Shown here: positions 41,932 through 53,093 of the stretch, piece after piece | How the letters are laid out: every line of letters begins with the position of its first letter | Numbering within the stretch: position 1 is the first letter of the stretch | The notes under the pieces: generated by a model | Told to the model about the DNA's origin: nothing | Databases searched by the model: none | What the model saw: the letters and a program-made list of their open reading frames with translations, nothing else | Source of the DNA: Minisyncoccota bacterium | GTDB taxonomy: Bacteria > Patescibacteriota > Minisyncoccia > Phycocordibacterales > UBA9973 | Length of the DNA stretch: 64,000 bases | Reading direction: 5' to 3' | Assembly: GCA_035299545.1 (NCBI GenBank) | Contig: DATGWJ010000024.1 | Span: 18,150 to 82,149 of the forward strand | Position numbers and translations under genes: made by a program

Positions 41932-44107
41932 CAATATTGAATCTCATTTTCGGTTAGATATAAATTCCAAAAAAGCTCTCTCTAAACTCGGATTAAATAA
42001 AATTTCCGATTTGTTATACTATTTCCCTTCTCGTTACACTAGTATTAGTGAATTTCGCCACATCAATACTCTTAAAGACGGAGACCAAGCCACAATTGTG
42101 GGAGTTATTTCAAATTTAAAAACAAAAAAAGGTTTTCGAAGCAAGATTCCTATGGGTCAGGCTACGATTACAGATCTGACTGGGAAAATAAATATTGTGT
42201 GGTTTCATCAACCGTATCTAGCAAAAATGCTTAAGGAAGGAACGACAGTAAGAGTGACAGGTAAAGTATCTGAAAGCAAGAGCTATGGATTAACTCTTAC
42301 AAACCCAGAAATAAACAAAGAGGACATATTGCCTATTGATCTAAACGATTCACTATTCAAACAAAAAGAAGAACTAGGAAATCATTACGGTTTCCCTGTT
42401 TACCCTGAATCTAAAGGTGTCTCTTCTAAATGGATTTATCATACAATTGGGAAAATTCTAAAAAATGAAGAAGTTAAAAATATTGAAGATTATTTAAATA
42501 AAGATATTTTAGAAAAATATAAACTGCCAAGTTTATATGCCGCCCTTGTCTGGATACACAGACCCGAGAAGAAAGAGCATGCCGAGATTGCTAGGAAAAG
42601 ATTCGCCTTCGAAGAAGTTTTCTTCATCCAGCTTGCTCGCCAACAAGAAAGAAAAAAATTCGATAAATTATTTTCTTATAAACTTACAGTTAAAGATAAC
42701 GATATAAAAGATTTCGTATCGCGTTTCCCTTTTGCTCCTACACAAGCTCAAGAAAATGCAATAAAAACAATTTTGGAAGATCTTAAAAAAGATAAACCAA
42801 TGTCTCGACTTGTCGAAGGAGACGTAGGTAGTGGGAAAACATTTGTTGCTGCGACTGTTTCTTATGCAGTGATTAAGAATAGACCAGTGGGTCAAGATTT
42901 CGGCAATTTGCAAGTGGCTTATATGGCTCCAACAGAAGTTCTCGCCACTCAATTATTTGAAAATTTTATAAAATATTTTGATCATACTGGCATATCTATC
43001 GCCCTTATCACTTCTAGTGGTTGTCGAAAATTCCCAAGCAAAAGTGCTGCATGGGAGAATGGCAAACAAATAAGAACATGGACAAGTATTGCAAGGAATC
43101 AACTTTTAAAATGGATTAAGAATGGGGAGATTCCGATAGTGATAGGCACGCACTCACTGATATCAAAATCGGTGGAATTTGAAGATTTAGGTTTAGTTAT
43201 TATAGATGAACAGCACCGATTCGGCACCAATCAAAGAATGAAGTTAGCAAAGAAAGAAGGCCATTCACCTCATTATCTTTCTATGACAGCTACCCCTATT
43301 CCTAGAACACTTGCTCTTACTATATATGGCGACCTCGACCTTTCTATTATCGACCAGATGCCCGAAGGACGTAAAAAAGTTATTACAGAAATTGTCGGCG
43401 AAAATAAAAGAGATGAAGCTTATGAAAAAATAAAAGAAGAGTTAAAACAAGGTAGGCAACTTTATGTTATTTGCCCAAAGATAGATGAAGAATTGGATGA
43501 AGAAGACAAAATAAAACTCGACGTGAAGTCAGTGACTAGCGAAGCTAAGCGATTAAAAAAGGAAGTGTTCCCAGAATACAACATTGAAATAATGCACAGC
43601 AAGATGACGAAGCAAATGAAAGAAAAAGTAATGAAAGATTTTGCTGAGAAGAAAATTGATATACTCGTCTCCACCTCCGTCATAGAAGTCGGAGTAAATA
43701 TCCCAAATGCGACAGTAATAGTAATAGAAGGAGCAGAAAGATTTGGATTAGCTCAACTACACCAACTTCGTGGACGAGTTATCCGCTCTACTCATCAATC
43801 ATATTGCTATTTATTTGCAAACGCAAAAACGGATAAGACCACAGACAGACTGAAAGCTCTCACAAAAGCAGCCAACGGATTCGAACTTGCAGAACTCGAC
43901 CTATCGCTTCGCGGAGCAGGATTGCTTGGTGGCGACAAACAATGGGGTATCTCAGACCTCGGAATGGAAGCACTGAAGAATATAAAAATGGTAGAAGCTG
44001 CACGAAGCGAAGCGATATCTATAATAGAGAAAGATATAGATTTGAAATCTTATCCCCTACTATCAAACACCCTAAAATCAAAAAACTACAAATTGCATTT
44101 TGAGTAG
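41918..44107 (+). CDS. recG: ATP-dependent DNA helicase RecG
   Basis: GDVGSGKT, DEQHRFG, MTATPIPRTL, QLHQLRGRV. Confidence 0.97.
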   Translation: MYLNDNIESHFRLDINSKKALSKLGLNKISDLLYYFPSRYTSISEFRHINTLKDGDQATIVGVISNLKTKKGFRSKIPMGQATITDLTGKINIVWFHQPYLAKMLKEGTTVRVTGKVSESKSYGLTLTNPEINKEDILPIDLNDSLFKQKEELGNHYGFPVYPESKGVSSKWIYHTIGKILKNEEVKNIEDYLNKDILEKYKLPSLYAALVWIHRPEKKEHAEIARKRFAFEEVFFIQLARQQERKKFDKLFSYKLTVKDNDIKDFVSRFPFAPTQAQENAIKTILEDLKKDKPMSRLVEGDVGSGKTFVAATVSYAVIKNRPVGQDFGNLQVAYMAPTEVLATQLFENFIKYFDHTGISIALITSSGCRKFPSKSAAWENGKQIRTWTSIARNQLLKWIKNGEIPIVIGTHSLISKSVEFEDLGLVIIDEQHRFGTNQRMKLAKKEGHSPHYLSMTATPIPRTLALTIYGDLDLSIIDQMPEGRKKVITEIVGENKRDEAYEKIKEELKQGRQLYVICPKIDEELDEEDKIKLDVKSVTSEAKRLKKEVFPEYNIEIMHSKMTKQMKEKVMKDFAEKKIDILVSTSVIEVGVNIPNATVIVIEGAERFGLAQLHQLRGRVIRSTHQSYCYLFANAKTDKTTDRLKALTKAANGFELAELDLSLRGAGLLGGDKQWGISDLGMEALKNIKMVEAARSEAISIIEKDIDLKSYPLLSNTLKSKNYKLHFE

Positions 44108-44111
44108 AAAA

Positions 44112-44546
44112 TTATTTTATGTATTTTACTGTTTCTTTTTCAAAACAATCATTAATATCTTGATATTTTTCTAAAGAAATCAAAAGTTCACATTTATTAG
44201 TGATACTGTCAGTTATTCTTTCTACAGATAAGGAAACAAAAATAATATTAAAAATAAAAGAAAAAATAACTATAGTTGTTGATAAAAATAAAATCCAAAA
44301 TACTGTAATGGCATGATTAAAATATAAATAAGTATTATTATTTTTATTTCTAATAAAATACAGACCCTTAGATATTAAATAAGCTGCCAAAATAATAGTG
44401 AATAAGATCGGTAAGAAAAAGTAATTACCGTTATCAACAATGTATATAGCAATAAACATCCCAGTAATTATCTGAATTATATTAGGAATTTCTGTAAAAA
44501 GAAATTCGAATATGTATATTTTTAGGATTTTAAAAAAATAAGCCAT
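44112..44546 (-). CDS. hypothetical membrane protein
   Basis: Hydrophobic AT-rich ORF directly 3' of tRNA-Ile. Confidence 0.55.
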   Translation of the reverse strand: MAYFFKILKIYIFEFLFTEIPNIIQIITGMFIAIYIVDNGNYFFLPILFTIILAAYLISKGLYFIRNKNNNTYLYFNHAITVFWILFLSTTIVIFSFIFNIIFVSLSVERITDSITNKCELLISLEKYQDINDCFEKETVKYIK

Positions 44547-44552
44547 TTATTG

Positions 44553-44625
44553 TCCGCCTTCTAGGACTCGAACCTAGGACCTGGCGCGTATAAGGCGCTC
44601 GCTCTACCAACTGAGCTAAAGGCGG
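44553..44625 (-). tRNA. tRNA-Ile(TAT)
   Basis: CCGCCTT/AAGGCGG, A73, loop CTTATAC. Confidence 0.9.
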
Positions 44626-44673
44626 ATTGGTTATAGAACATATTACATAAAAAATCTTTTATTTGCAAACGTA

Positions 44674-44703
44674 AATAGCCCTATACCGGGTATAGGGCTA
44701 TTT
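44674..44703. terminator. ftsH terminator
   Basis: aaatagccctatac/gtatagggctattt. Confidence 0.85.
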
Positions 44704-44704
44704 C

Positions 44705-46618
44705 TTATGCATTTACTATCGTATCTTTTTTCTTTGGAATTATTCCATTGGCAGTTATAAGTTCGTTGTATTCTTTCTGTTCTAGAGTTTCCACTTCAAT
44801 TAACTTCATAGCTATTGCTTCAAGAACTTTATTTTTCTCTGTAAGAATCTTTCTTGCTAAGGCAAGTGAGTTATTCATAATTTTCGAAACCTCAGCATCA
44901 ATAAGTGAGCTTACTTTCTCGGAATATTCTTTATCATTCATACCTTGCCCATACATTACTTGCCCGCCATCATTCTCAAGAGCGATAGGGCCTATCTCTT
45001 CACTCATTCCCCATCGTGTAACCATCGCACGTGCGAGGCCTGTGGCCACTTGGAGGTCGTTCGAAGGTCCAGTGGTGATATCTCCAAATGTCATTTCTTC
45101 TGCCACGTATCCACCGAGTGACATTGTGATATCATCGAGAAACTCTTTTTTACTTTGTAAACGACGTTCTACGAGTGGAAGCTTGAGTGTGTAACCACCA
45201 GCACGTCCACGAGAAACAATCGAAACTTTATGCACTGGGTCAGCATGAGGTAATGTCGAAGCTAGAAGTGCATGACCTGCTTCATGATAAGCTGTAATTT
45301 CTTTTTCTTTCTTTGAAAGCAAATGACTCTTGCGCTCAGGGCCCATCATTACTTTTTCTATAGAACGAATGAGGTCGTATTGAGCCACTTTCTTGCGATC
45401 TTCACGAGCAGCAAGTATAGCTCCTTCATTCATAAGGGAGTAAAGATCAGCACCAGAGAAACCTGGAGTTCTTTCCGCTACAACTTTCAAATCAACATCT
45501 TCTGCAAATGGTTTCTTTCTTGCATGAATTTTCAAAATTTCTTCACGATCTAATCTATCTGGTAAATCAAGCATTACTCTTCTATCAAAGCGCCCTGGGC
45601 GAAGAAGTGCTGGGTCAAGAACATCACCTCTGTTTGTCGCTGCCATCACTATCACTTTTTCATTTGGTTCGAAACCGTCCATCTCCACAAGAATCTGATT
45701 CAATGTTTGCTCGCGTTCATCGTTACCACCACCTACTCCTGTCCCTCTAACTCTACCAACTGCGTCTATCTCATCGATGAAAACTATAGAAGGTGCTGCG
45801 CGCTTCGCCATCTTGAATAAATCACGCACACGAGATGCACCAACTCCGACGAACATTTCGACGAATTCTGAACCTGATAAATGAAAGAATGGCACAGACG
45901 CTTCTCCGGCGACAGCACGAGCAAGTAATGTCTTCCCTGTGCCTGGAGAACCAGTAAGGAGAACTCCTTTCGGAATACGAGCTCCGATGTCTAGGAATTT
46001 TTTAGGATTTCTTAAGAAATCAACAATCTCTTTTAATTCTTCTTTTGCTTCTCTTGCTCCAGCTACATCTTTAAATGTAACTTTATTATTTTTATCACTT
46101 GGGTCAGTGATACGAGCTTTTGATTGTCCGAAAGTGAAAGCTTGCATACCTTGCCCTTTCACCTGACGAGTAAGCATCCAGATAAAGAAAGCAATCAATA
46201 ATACAGGAAGAAGAAACGGAAGAATGTTGAGCAACCAATATCCGAAACCTGATTCATCTTTTATCTCTATTGGAGTACGAGCAAGCTCTTCTTTTGTTAC
46301 TCCATAATTGGAGAGTGTTTCAGAAAGAGAACTTTCAATTTCTTTTTTTGCTTTACCTTTTGTGCCATCTTTGAAAATGACATTCACTTCATTACCAGAT
46401 ACTTTTATATTCTCTATTGTCCCCGCTGTCACATCGTGTGCGACATCTGAAATCGTAAGCTCTTTAATATCTTCTGATGGTTTTACTAAGAAAGTGTAGA
46501 GAATTGTAATACTAGCAAATATAAAAATTGCGATAATAATCTGATTAATAATATTGGGAGTTTTAGGTGCTTTTAGGTGTTTCGGTATTTTAGGTTGATT
46601 TTTTGTATTCTTTTCCAT
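44705..46618 (-). CDS. ftsH: ATP-dependent zinc metalloprotease FtsH
   Basis: Two TMs, [27 protein letters not shown]. Confidence 0.98.
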   Translation of the reverse strand: MEKNTKNQPKIPKHLKAPKTPNIINQIIIAIFIFASITILYTFLVKPSEDIKELTISDVAHDVTAGTIENIKVSGNEVNVIFKDGTKGKAKKEIESSLSETLSNYGVTKEELARTPIEIKDESGFGYWLLNILPFLLPVLLIAFFIWMLTRQVKGQGMQAFTFGQSKARITDPSDKNNKVTFKDVAGAREAKEELKEIVDFLRNPKKFLDIGARIPKGVLLTGSPGTGKTLLARAVAGEASVPFFHLSGSEFVEMFVGVGASRVRDLFKMAKRAAPSIVFIDEIDAVGRVRGTGVGGGNDEREQTLNQILVEMDGFEPNEKVIVMAATNRGDVLDPALLRPGRFDRRVMLDLPDRLDREEILKIHARKKPFAEDVDLKVVAERTPGFSGADLYSLMNEGAILAAREDRKKVAQYDLIRSIEKVMMGPERKSHLLSKKEKEITAYHEAGHALLASTLPHADPVHKVSIVSRGRAGGYTLKLPLVERRLQSKKEFLDDITMSLGGYVAEEMTFGDITTGPSNDLQVATGLARAMVTRWGMSEEIGPIALENDGGQVMYGQGMNDKEYSEKVSSLIDAEVSKIMNNSLALARKILTEKNKVLEAIAMKLIEVETLEQKEYNELITANGIIPKKKDTIVNA

Positions 46619-46734
46619 AATCCGATTATACACTAAAAATTAAACCTCCCCAAAACTCATCCTTATCAAAACACAAACAATAAAAATGAATAAATTATGA
46701 ATTTAATGCATTTCTATGATAAAGAATATGTAAG

Positions 46735-49458
46735 TTAATACGCAGAATACTTTGAATTAAGATAATCCATTATTGCTTGTTCATTTTCTGCACTTTCATT
46801 AGCTCCTCTTATTATCATCTCTTTAAATGATCCCGTGAATTCTTCATTTCCTTGGTATATATGGCTTAAACTTCCTACACCTGCATCAACGGTTGAAGAT
46901 GGAGTATTGTTGTCTGTTTGTATAAATGTATTTGCTCCATCTACAACAATTTTAACAATAACCCATTCGTTATCTGTAAACGAAGAAGTATAACTTCGAG
47001 TATTTCCATTTGTTATAATATTAAGAATACCAGCACCATTCCCAACCTTTAAGTCTAAAGCAGGGTAAAAACCTGAAATTGTTCTAAAGTAAGAATTCGC
47101 GTCTATTCTTATAACTTCATATATAGTAAAAGGTTGTGATAAAGTCATACCTACATCCAATTGATCATTACCATCAAATGTTATTGTATTATTAGAAAAC
47201 GATGGCTGATTAGAAGCCCTATTTTCTGTTAAATTTCTATTATTAGTCGATGAATCCGCCAAAGAAGAAACTCCTGTGCCCATAGTTATATTATCAGACT
47301 CAGCAACCCACCATCCTTCTGTTAAACCGTCAGTCGTCAAAAAAGAAGGAGCTAGATTTAATTGCCCAGATAAGGTAAGAGCATATTCGCCATAAACAGC
47401 AGATCCATCATTAGCAGTAGCACGGACAGTAACAGTTCCATCTGATACAGCAGTAACAAGACCAGTAGAGGAATTAATTGTAGCTTGACCAGTTCCATTT
47501 ATTACCGACCACACCACAGTTTTATCTGTTGCATTAGCAGGTAGGACCGTTGCACTCATCTGTAATGTGCCATCATCTTGTGTAATAGTAGTAGCATTAC
47601 CTGCTGCAGATAAAGTAATACTAGTTACTGGAACAGTAACAACATCTCCTCCATCCCAGCCTGCAATACGAGCCATCAACCACCATTGAGCTTTAGCTAA
47701 TCTTACTGCTCCAGCACTACTAATATGACCAATATCTCCTGCTCCTAAATTCGTTGCAGTTATTACTGGATAGACGTGACCATTCCATGTTGCTGTCGTT
47801 AAAGAGTTATTATCGTCATAAGATAATATATCAGCATAATCAAATAATATTCTTGTAGAATCATTTTCTACATAGTTTCTAATATATTCATTTTTTAAAT
47901 ATGCTTGGTAACCTGCTTCACCAGAAGCGGAATAATTATCTACGGGCCCTGTAGTGAAAACTACTTTAGTCCCGTAATTATTAGTATCTACATAATTTAT
48001 GTAATCTTCGGTTGCTGCTAAATATGTGTCCATACTAACACTATTATTTGTAATAGCTGAATCTGCCGAATTAAGACCCCAAGGAAGATTCCCATTTGGA
48101 CCTCCTACTGTTTCTCCATACCAATGATTCCCTGTAACAGGATCTACTCCTGATGTTGGTCCTTGAAATGACATATCCCAACACCAAGCAAAACCTACAA
48201 CATCGACGGGATTGTTCGCATTAAATTGAGCATCTAAATAATCAGTTAAAAAAGTTCTTTCCGCAGGCATAGAACCTATATCATAGGCTTTCCATGTAAA
48301 CCATTCTTCTTCACCAAGACCAGAAACTAAACCAGCAGATCGAAGATGAGCATCATCTACATGCGCTGGAAAACCCCACTGGGTTGTAGAATCATATGTT
48401 GGATTAATGGCCTCTAAATCTAACAGACCTTGCCTATAAGCAGCAGAGTGAGATTCACCTGGAAACCATACTAATTTCTTCTTAACTTCATTAAGATATA
48501 CTTCTGGAATGTCATCATATCTATCAACAATAGTATGATCAGCTATTATTTGAGTACTCACGACTGGAGTATCTTGAACACAAGTATTACCACTAATACT
48601 ATAACCATTATCACATGATGAGACTGTGCATGATCCATAAGATGACCAGGAACCAAGATTACAAGTTCTGGTCTGGGTGCCAGTACCATTAGTGATAGCA
48701 CATGATTGAGTAGCTGAACCAGAACAAGTAAGAGCAGAACAGGCATTCCCACTAATTTCATAACCAGTATCACAAGAAGACACTGTGCACATATTATAAG
48801 ATGACCATACACCATTTGTACAAGTTCTAGTTTGACTTCCAGTTCCATTTGAAATTGAGCATGACTGAGAAGTAGAACCTGAACAAGTAGGAGATGACGA
48901 GGAAGATGAACCTCCTCCCCCACCACCCCCTCCACTTTTTTTAACTATGGGAGCAACTGTTGTATTATTACACTTTTGACCTGTGATTGGACTAAAAAGA
49001 GTCGAAGTTGTACAACCACTAGGTAGAGACGGAACAACACTGCAAGATTTACCTGTGTATACATTATAGAGTCCTCCTGATATACAACCATTATTAGTAA
49101 TGGTATTAGATGGTGTATTTGTTGGAGTTGTTGTTGGAGTTATAGTTGTGATACCAGCTTGAGATGATTCTAGAGCACTACGAGTGATAGGTCCTACCTT
49201 ACCGTCTGGTACTAGACCTTTACCCTCTTGGAATGATTGGATGGCTTGTATTGTTTTCTTTCCTATTACTCCGTCTACCACTAGATTGGGAGATGGGTTT
49301 AATACCCTATTTAGTACTACCTGTATGTTGATGCGTTCCTCGAGGGTGTCGATTTTGGTGGGGAAAGAGATTAAAGCATTTGATGTTAAAGGTAATATAA
49401 ATGCAAGAAATAGATAAAATATTAAACTTTTTTTACCGCTAATAATTTTTTTTAACAT
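46735..49458 (-). CDS. modular surface protein: signal peptide, PG-binding domain, Cys-rich repeats, unknown domain, Big_2 Ig-like domain, LamG-like C-terminus
   Basis: DGVIGKKT...PDGKVGP; poly-Gly linker; ATVLPANATDKTVVWS. Confidence 0.8.
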   Translation of the reverse strand: MLKKIISGKKSLIFYLFLAFILPLTSNALISFPTKIDTLEERINIQVVLNRVLNPSPNLVVDGVIGKKTIQAIQSFQEGKGLVPDGKVGPITRSALESSQAGITTITPTTTPTNTPSNTITNNGCISGGLYNVYTGKSCSVVPSLPSGCTTSTLFSPITGQKCNNTTVAPIVKKSGGGGGGGGSSSSSSPTCSGSTSQSCSISNGTGSQTRTCTNGVWSSYNMCTVSSCDTGYEISGNACSALTCSGSATQSCAITNGTGTQTRTCNLGSWSSYGSCTVSSCDNGYSISGNTCVQDTPVVSTQIIADHTIVDRYDDIPEVYLNEVKKKLVWFPGESHSAAYRQGLLDLEAINPTYDSTTQWGFPAHVDDAHLRSAGLVSGLGEEEWFTWKAYDIGSMPAERTFLTDYLDAQFNANNPVDVVGFAWCWDMSFQGPTSGVDPVTGNHWYGETVGGPNGNLPWGLNSADSAITNNSVSMDTYLAATEDYINYVDTNNYGTKVVFTTGPVDNYSASGEAGYQAYLKNEYIRNYVENDSTRILFDYADILSYDDNNSLTTATWNGHVYPVITATNLGAGDIGHISSAGAVRLAKAQWWLMARIAGWDGGDVVTVPVTSITLSAAGNATTITQDDGTLQMSATVLPANATDKTVVWSVINGTGQATINSSTGLVTAVSDGTVTVRATANDGSAVYGEYALTLSGQLNLAPSFLTTDGLTEGWWVAESDNITMGTGVSSLADSSTNNRNLTENRASNQPSFSNNTITFDGNDQLDVGMTLSQPFTIYEVIRIDANSYFRTISGFYPALDLKVGNGAGILNIITNGNTRSYTSSFTDNEWVIVKIVVDGANTFIQTDNNTPSSTVDAGVGSLSHIYQGNEEFTGSFKEMIIRGANESAENEQAIMDYLNSKYSAY

Positions 49459-49478
49459 AATTTATCAATAAATATTTA

Positions 49479-51692
49479 CTAATCTGCTTCAAAAGCTCCT
49501 AAGTCTGGCGCACTGCCATTATACAGTAACCCCACATTTATACCTGTATTTATTAGATCTGAACCAGAAGCAAGATGACCAAAAGTAATATCTGGCAAAC
49601 TACCATCAGCTTTTCTTGGTCTAGTTAATTGAGAAGTATCTAAACTTATAAAGTCATTATCTGTAACATTATAAGCAGGATTAGTAATCGCCCATGGCCA
49701 AGATGAACCTGGAGCATGTTGAGCCTTCCAAGTATTATTACTTTCAGTATAATCCTCAGTATATATTTCTACTTCTACTTTATCTCCAATAGGACCTATA
49801 CCTCTACTTTTATATGAAATGTTATTTCTCAAAGTAGAAGCTTTGGCATCATAAAAACCAACATCATTATTATAAGCAAAATTATTATAAATTTTTCCTC
49901 CATTAGGCCAAACGTTATTATTATCATAACTGACTAGAAGATTATTAACAAATCCTTTTCCAACATTATCCGCAGCAATACTATTCTGAATTGTAACAAA
50001 ACTTTTTTCTCCCATAACATACTTAGGAACCAAATCTTTATTAATTCCTGTAACTTTAAAACCATTTCCTTCTATATCCCAAGCAGTAGATAAACCCTTG
50101 TATTTATCGGTAGACATAGCCCAACAATTTTTGAATGTCCTATATGCTTGGCCACTTGGATCAAACCCATCATCAGAATAATTCCAGGCTCTACACCCTT
50201 CCCACGACAAATTATTTCCATAATATCCATGAACTTTCCAACCATCGGCCGCATTACCAGGAAGCTGGGCATAACGATCGTAAAGATTATAAGCGTCACA
50301 GTTTATCCATTTTGTAGTATTTGATGAGAAAAGAGAACCTGGTCCATCAAAAGAATTCCAAGCGAAACTCCAATGGACAAATCCTCTTCCATCAATATCA
50401 TGAACGATCATATTTTCAAAAATAAAATTGGCTCCACTGGTTCCTATTCCAAAAGCTTCAGAATATGGTTTTGAATGACTAAAATCAGGAGGAGTTTGCT
50501 TTATATTTCTAACAGTTAATCCTTTAAAATAAATATATTCAGCATTATCTACTGCTATTCCACCATTCCATCGATTTTCATTTGGTCCAACAAGACTGCC
50601 ATCTAGGATTGGGAAGTTCCCTGCATTCCAATCTGGTGGATACGCATAATAACGTATTGGGGCCTGAGCTGTTCCACTAAATCCTTTATGATATCCCACA
50701 GGATCTATCACCATACCAATTGCTGTGTTAGTTCCATACAAATGTGTTGTTGGCTGATAAACCCCTCCTCTTATATAAGTTATATCTCCAGGATGTGATG
50801 CCTCAACTGCCCTTTGCCATGTTGCAAATGGTTGAGAGAATGTCCCAGGGTTACTATCATTACCATTAGTAGAAACGAAATATGTGTTCCCAGGAACTTG
50901 AAGTAAACAAGCTCCAGTTTCAGCAGAAAGATATTCTCCAGATTTACACCCTCCTGTTGCAACAGTTATACAAGTATTTCCACTAATCTGATACCCCGAA
51001 TTACAAGAAGATACACTACACGTACCCCAAGAACCCCAGCTACCATTGGTACAACTTCTTGATTGAGTACCTGAACCATTTGTGATAGTACAGGATTGAG
51101 TAGATGAACCTGAACAGGTCGTTGTAGTTGTTGTGTTTGATGAAGAACTTCCACCTCCACCACCTCCACCTCCTCCACTTGTCTTTTTGGTAGTAGAAGT
51201 ACTTGTACAAGAAGCTCCAGTTATGGTGCTGAATTTATTTGAGCCATTACAACCTAAAGTAGAAGATGTTGTAATACCCCCACTAGTAGTAGAAACACAT
51301 GATTTACCGGTTATAGTACTAAATAATGCGCCTGTAGAACATCCAGGATGCGAAGAAGAAGTGGCGGAATAGCTTGAAATTGTTATATTATTTGTCTGCG
51401 AACTTTCTAAAGCAGAACGAGTAAGGGGACCCACTTTCCCATCAGGCGTTAAACCAAGTAATTCTTGAAATGCTTGGATGGCTTGGATTGACTTTTTACC
51501 TAAGACCCCATCTATTACTAGATTAGGAGATGGAATCATTACAGTATTTAATACTGTTTGTATATTAATTCTTTCTTGTTTAGTATCTATTTTATCAGGA
51601 AAGGAGATGAGAGCATTTGATGTTAGAGGTAATACAAATATTGCAAAAAAATACAATACCAATTTACCCCAACTAAAGTTACTATTATTCAT
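49479..51692 (-). CDS. modular surface protein with PL9-like pectate-lyase beta-helix
   Basis: Same N-terminal scaffold; YFVSTNGNDSNPGT..PFAT, NAADG, WNYSDDGFD, GNGFK, GSAPDLGAFE. Confidence 0.82.
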   Translation of the reverse strand: MNNSNFSWGKLVLYFFAIFVLPLTSNALISFPDKIDTKQERINIQTVLNTVMIPSPNLVIDGVLGKKSIQAIQAFQELLGLTPDGKVGPLTRSALESSQTNNITISSYSATSSSHPGCSTGALFSTITGKSCVSTTSGGITTSSTLGCNGSNKFSTITGASCTSTSTTKKTSGGGGGGGGGSSSSNTTTTTTCSGSSTQSCTITNGSGTQSRSCTNGSWGSWGTCSVSSCNSGYQISGNTCITVATGGCKSGEYLSAETGACLLQVPGNTYFVSTNGNDSNPGTFSQPFATWQRAVEASHPGDITYIRGGVYQPTTHLYGTNTAIGMVIDPVGYHKGFSGTAQAPIRYYAYPPDWNAGNFPILDGSLVGPNENRWNGGIAVDNAEYIYFKGLTVRNIKQTPPDFSHSKPYSEAFGIGTSGANFIFENMIVHDIDGRGFVHWSFAWNSFDGPGSLFSSNTTKWINCDAYNLYDRYAQLPGNAADGWKVHGYYGNNLSWEGCRAWNYSDDGFDPSGQAYRTFKNCWAMSTDKYKGLSTAWDIEGNGFKVTGINKDLVPKYVMGEKSFVTIQNSIAADNVGKGFVNNLLVSYDNNNVWPNGGKIYNNFAYNNDVGFYDAKASTLRNNISYKSRGIGPIGDKVEVEIYTEDYTESNNTWKAQHAPGSSWPWAITNPAYNVTDNDFISLDTSQLTRPRKADGSLPDITFGHLASGSDLINTGINVGLLYNGSAPDLGAFEAD

Positions 51693-51855
51693 ATTTTTTT
51701 TGTTAATGCCATTAATAATATTATTATACTACGATGTAAATAATAAATATAGTATAAAAAGCATAAATGCAACTATCAATACTATTTATCATATAAATTA
51801 ATATGTGATATATTTAATTTATTTAATGGGTTAAAATTCATTAAATTGACAAATT

Positions 51856-52302
51856 ATGACAACATACATAGACAACAGAAAAGCACACTTCAACTACACA
51901 ATAGAAGAAACATTTGAGGCAGGAATTGAGCTATATGGATTTGAGGTGAAATCAATAAAAAAGGGTTCTGGAAACATAAACTCGGCTTTTTGTATTGTGC
52001 GTGGAGGAGAAGCGTATATTATCGGAATGAATATTCCTCCTTATCAGCCACACAACGTTGACCCTGCATATAATCCTGAAAGGAATCGCCGACTTCTTTT
52101 ATCTAAAAAAGAAATAAAAAAACTTGGAGAAAAAGATGATACTAAAGGCTTGACACTTGTGCCTGTATCACTGTATAGTAAGGGACGCTACATCAAAGTC
52201 TCTGTGGCAGTAGCACGAGGTAAGAAAACTTTTGACAAAAGAGAAACAATCAAAAAACGTGACCTCGACAGAGAAATGGAAAGAGAGTATAAGATTAATT
52301 AA
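51856..52302 (+). CDS. smpB: SsrA-binding protein
   Basis: NRKAHFNY, EAGIEL.GFEVKS, GKKTFDKRE. Confidence 0.97.
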   Translation: MTTYIDNRKAHFNYTIEETFEAGIELYGFEVKSIKKGSGNINSAFCIVRGGEAYIIGMNIPPYQPHNVDPAYNPERNRRLLLSKKEIKKLGEKDDTKGLTLVPVSLYSKGRYIKVSVAVARGKKTFDKRETIKKRDLDREMEREYKIN

Positions 52303-52304
52303 TA

Positions 52305-52378
52305 ATTAACAATTACTGATTACTAATTTGAATTCATCTGGATTTAATTAGTCATTGGTAATCAGTAATTAGTAATTG
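52305..52378. repeat. heptamer-periodic AT-rich palindrome
   Basis: aattact-gattact units opposite cattggt-aatcagt-aattagt units. Confidence 0.7.
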
Positions 52379-52403
52379 AAATTTTTCTTTAAAAATTTCA
52401 TAG

Positions 52404-52813
52404 GGGGATGATCGGCTTCGACAAACTGAATCATCTTATATATGCATGTAAAGTACCCAGGAATCTTTTAAAACTTCTTGGAAATGACTAAGTGCAAACA
52501 AAGTCGCTTCAGTGAAGTCTCCATATTTTGGAAACTTAGCTCTCGCATTCGCCTAACTTTAGGCCAAGCGAGTGTCCGCTTTCTAGACATCCGATATAGA
52601 ATGCGGGCATAATTTATCGGGTTAAGATTTTACAACAGCTTGATGTAAAATCCGACAACTCACCCTCGCCTATTTCAGGCGGGGTAAAAAGCTCGGTGTT
52701 TATCTTTCTTGTATGTTCTCTAGGATAAACATTTAAACCCAATCGAACATAACAAACATGTAGATGTATCTAAGAGTTCCCTTTGCACGCGGGTTCGATT
52801 CCCGCCATCTCCA
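52404..52813 (+). ncRNA. ssrA: tmRNA
   Basis: GGGGATG...CATCTCCA acceptor with G3:U, GGTTCGATTCC T-arm, tag ORF 52494..52556 ANKVASVKSPYFGNLALAFA*, next to smpB. Confidence 0.96.
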
Positions 52814-53030
52814 CAATTAAAAAACCTCTCAGCAATGAGAGGTTTTTTAATTGTGGAGATGAGCAAAGTATCTGCATACTTTGCGTGCGGAAATCGAAAA
52901 GCGGAGCTATGTTTTTTGAGTACAAAAAACAAGCGAGCTAGGGTCGTGAAAATTTGCTTTTGACGAAAAGCAAATTATTCCTGACCGATGAACCCGGAAT
53001 CGAAAGCGGTACTCCGCGGTCCCGCTCCCC
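52814..53030 (+). repeat. tmRNA 3'-end-derived element
   Basis: 25-bp perfect stem 52806..52861 pairing the tmRNA 3' end, CTGC-loop hairpin, resumed antisense GCGGAAATCGAA at 52887..52898, further hairpins. Confidence 0.8.
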
Positions 53031-53093
53031 CTTGACTTCCCTCTGGAATATTCTAATATATTAAGAAATTCGTCGACCCTAAAAACAAAGCAG

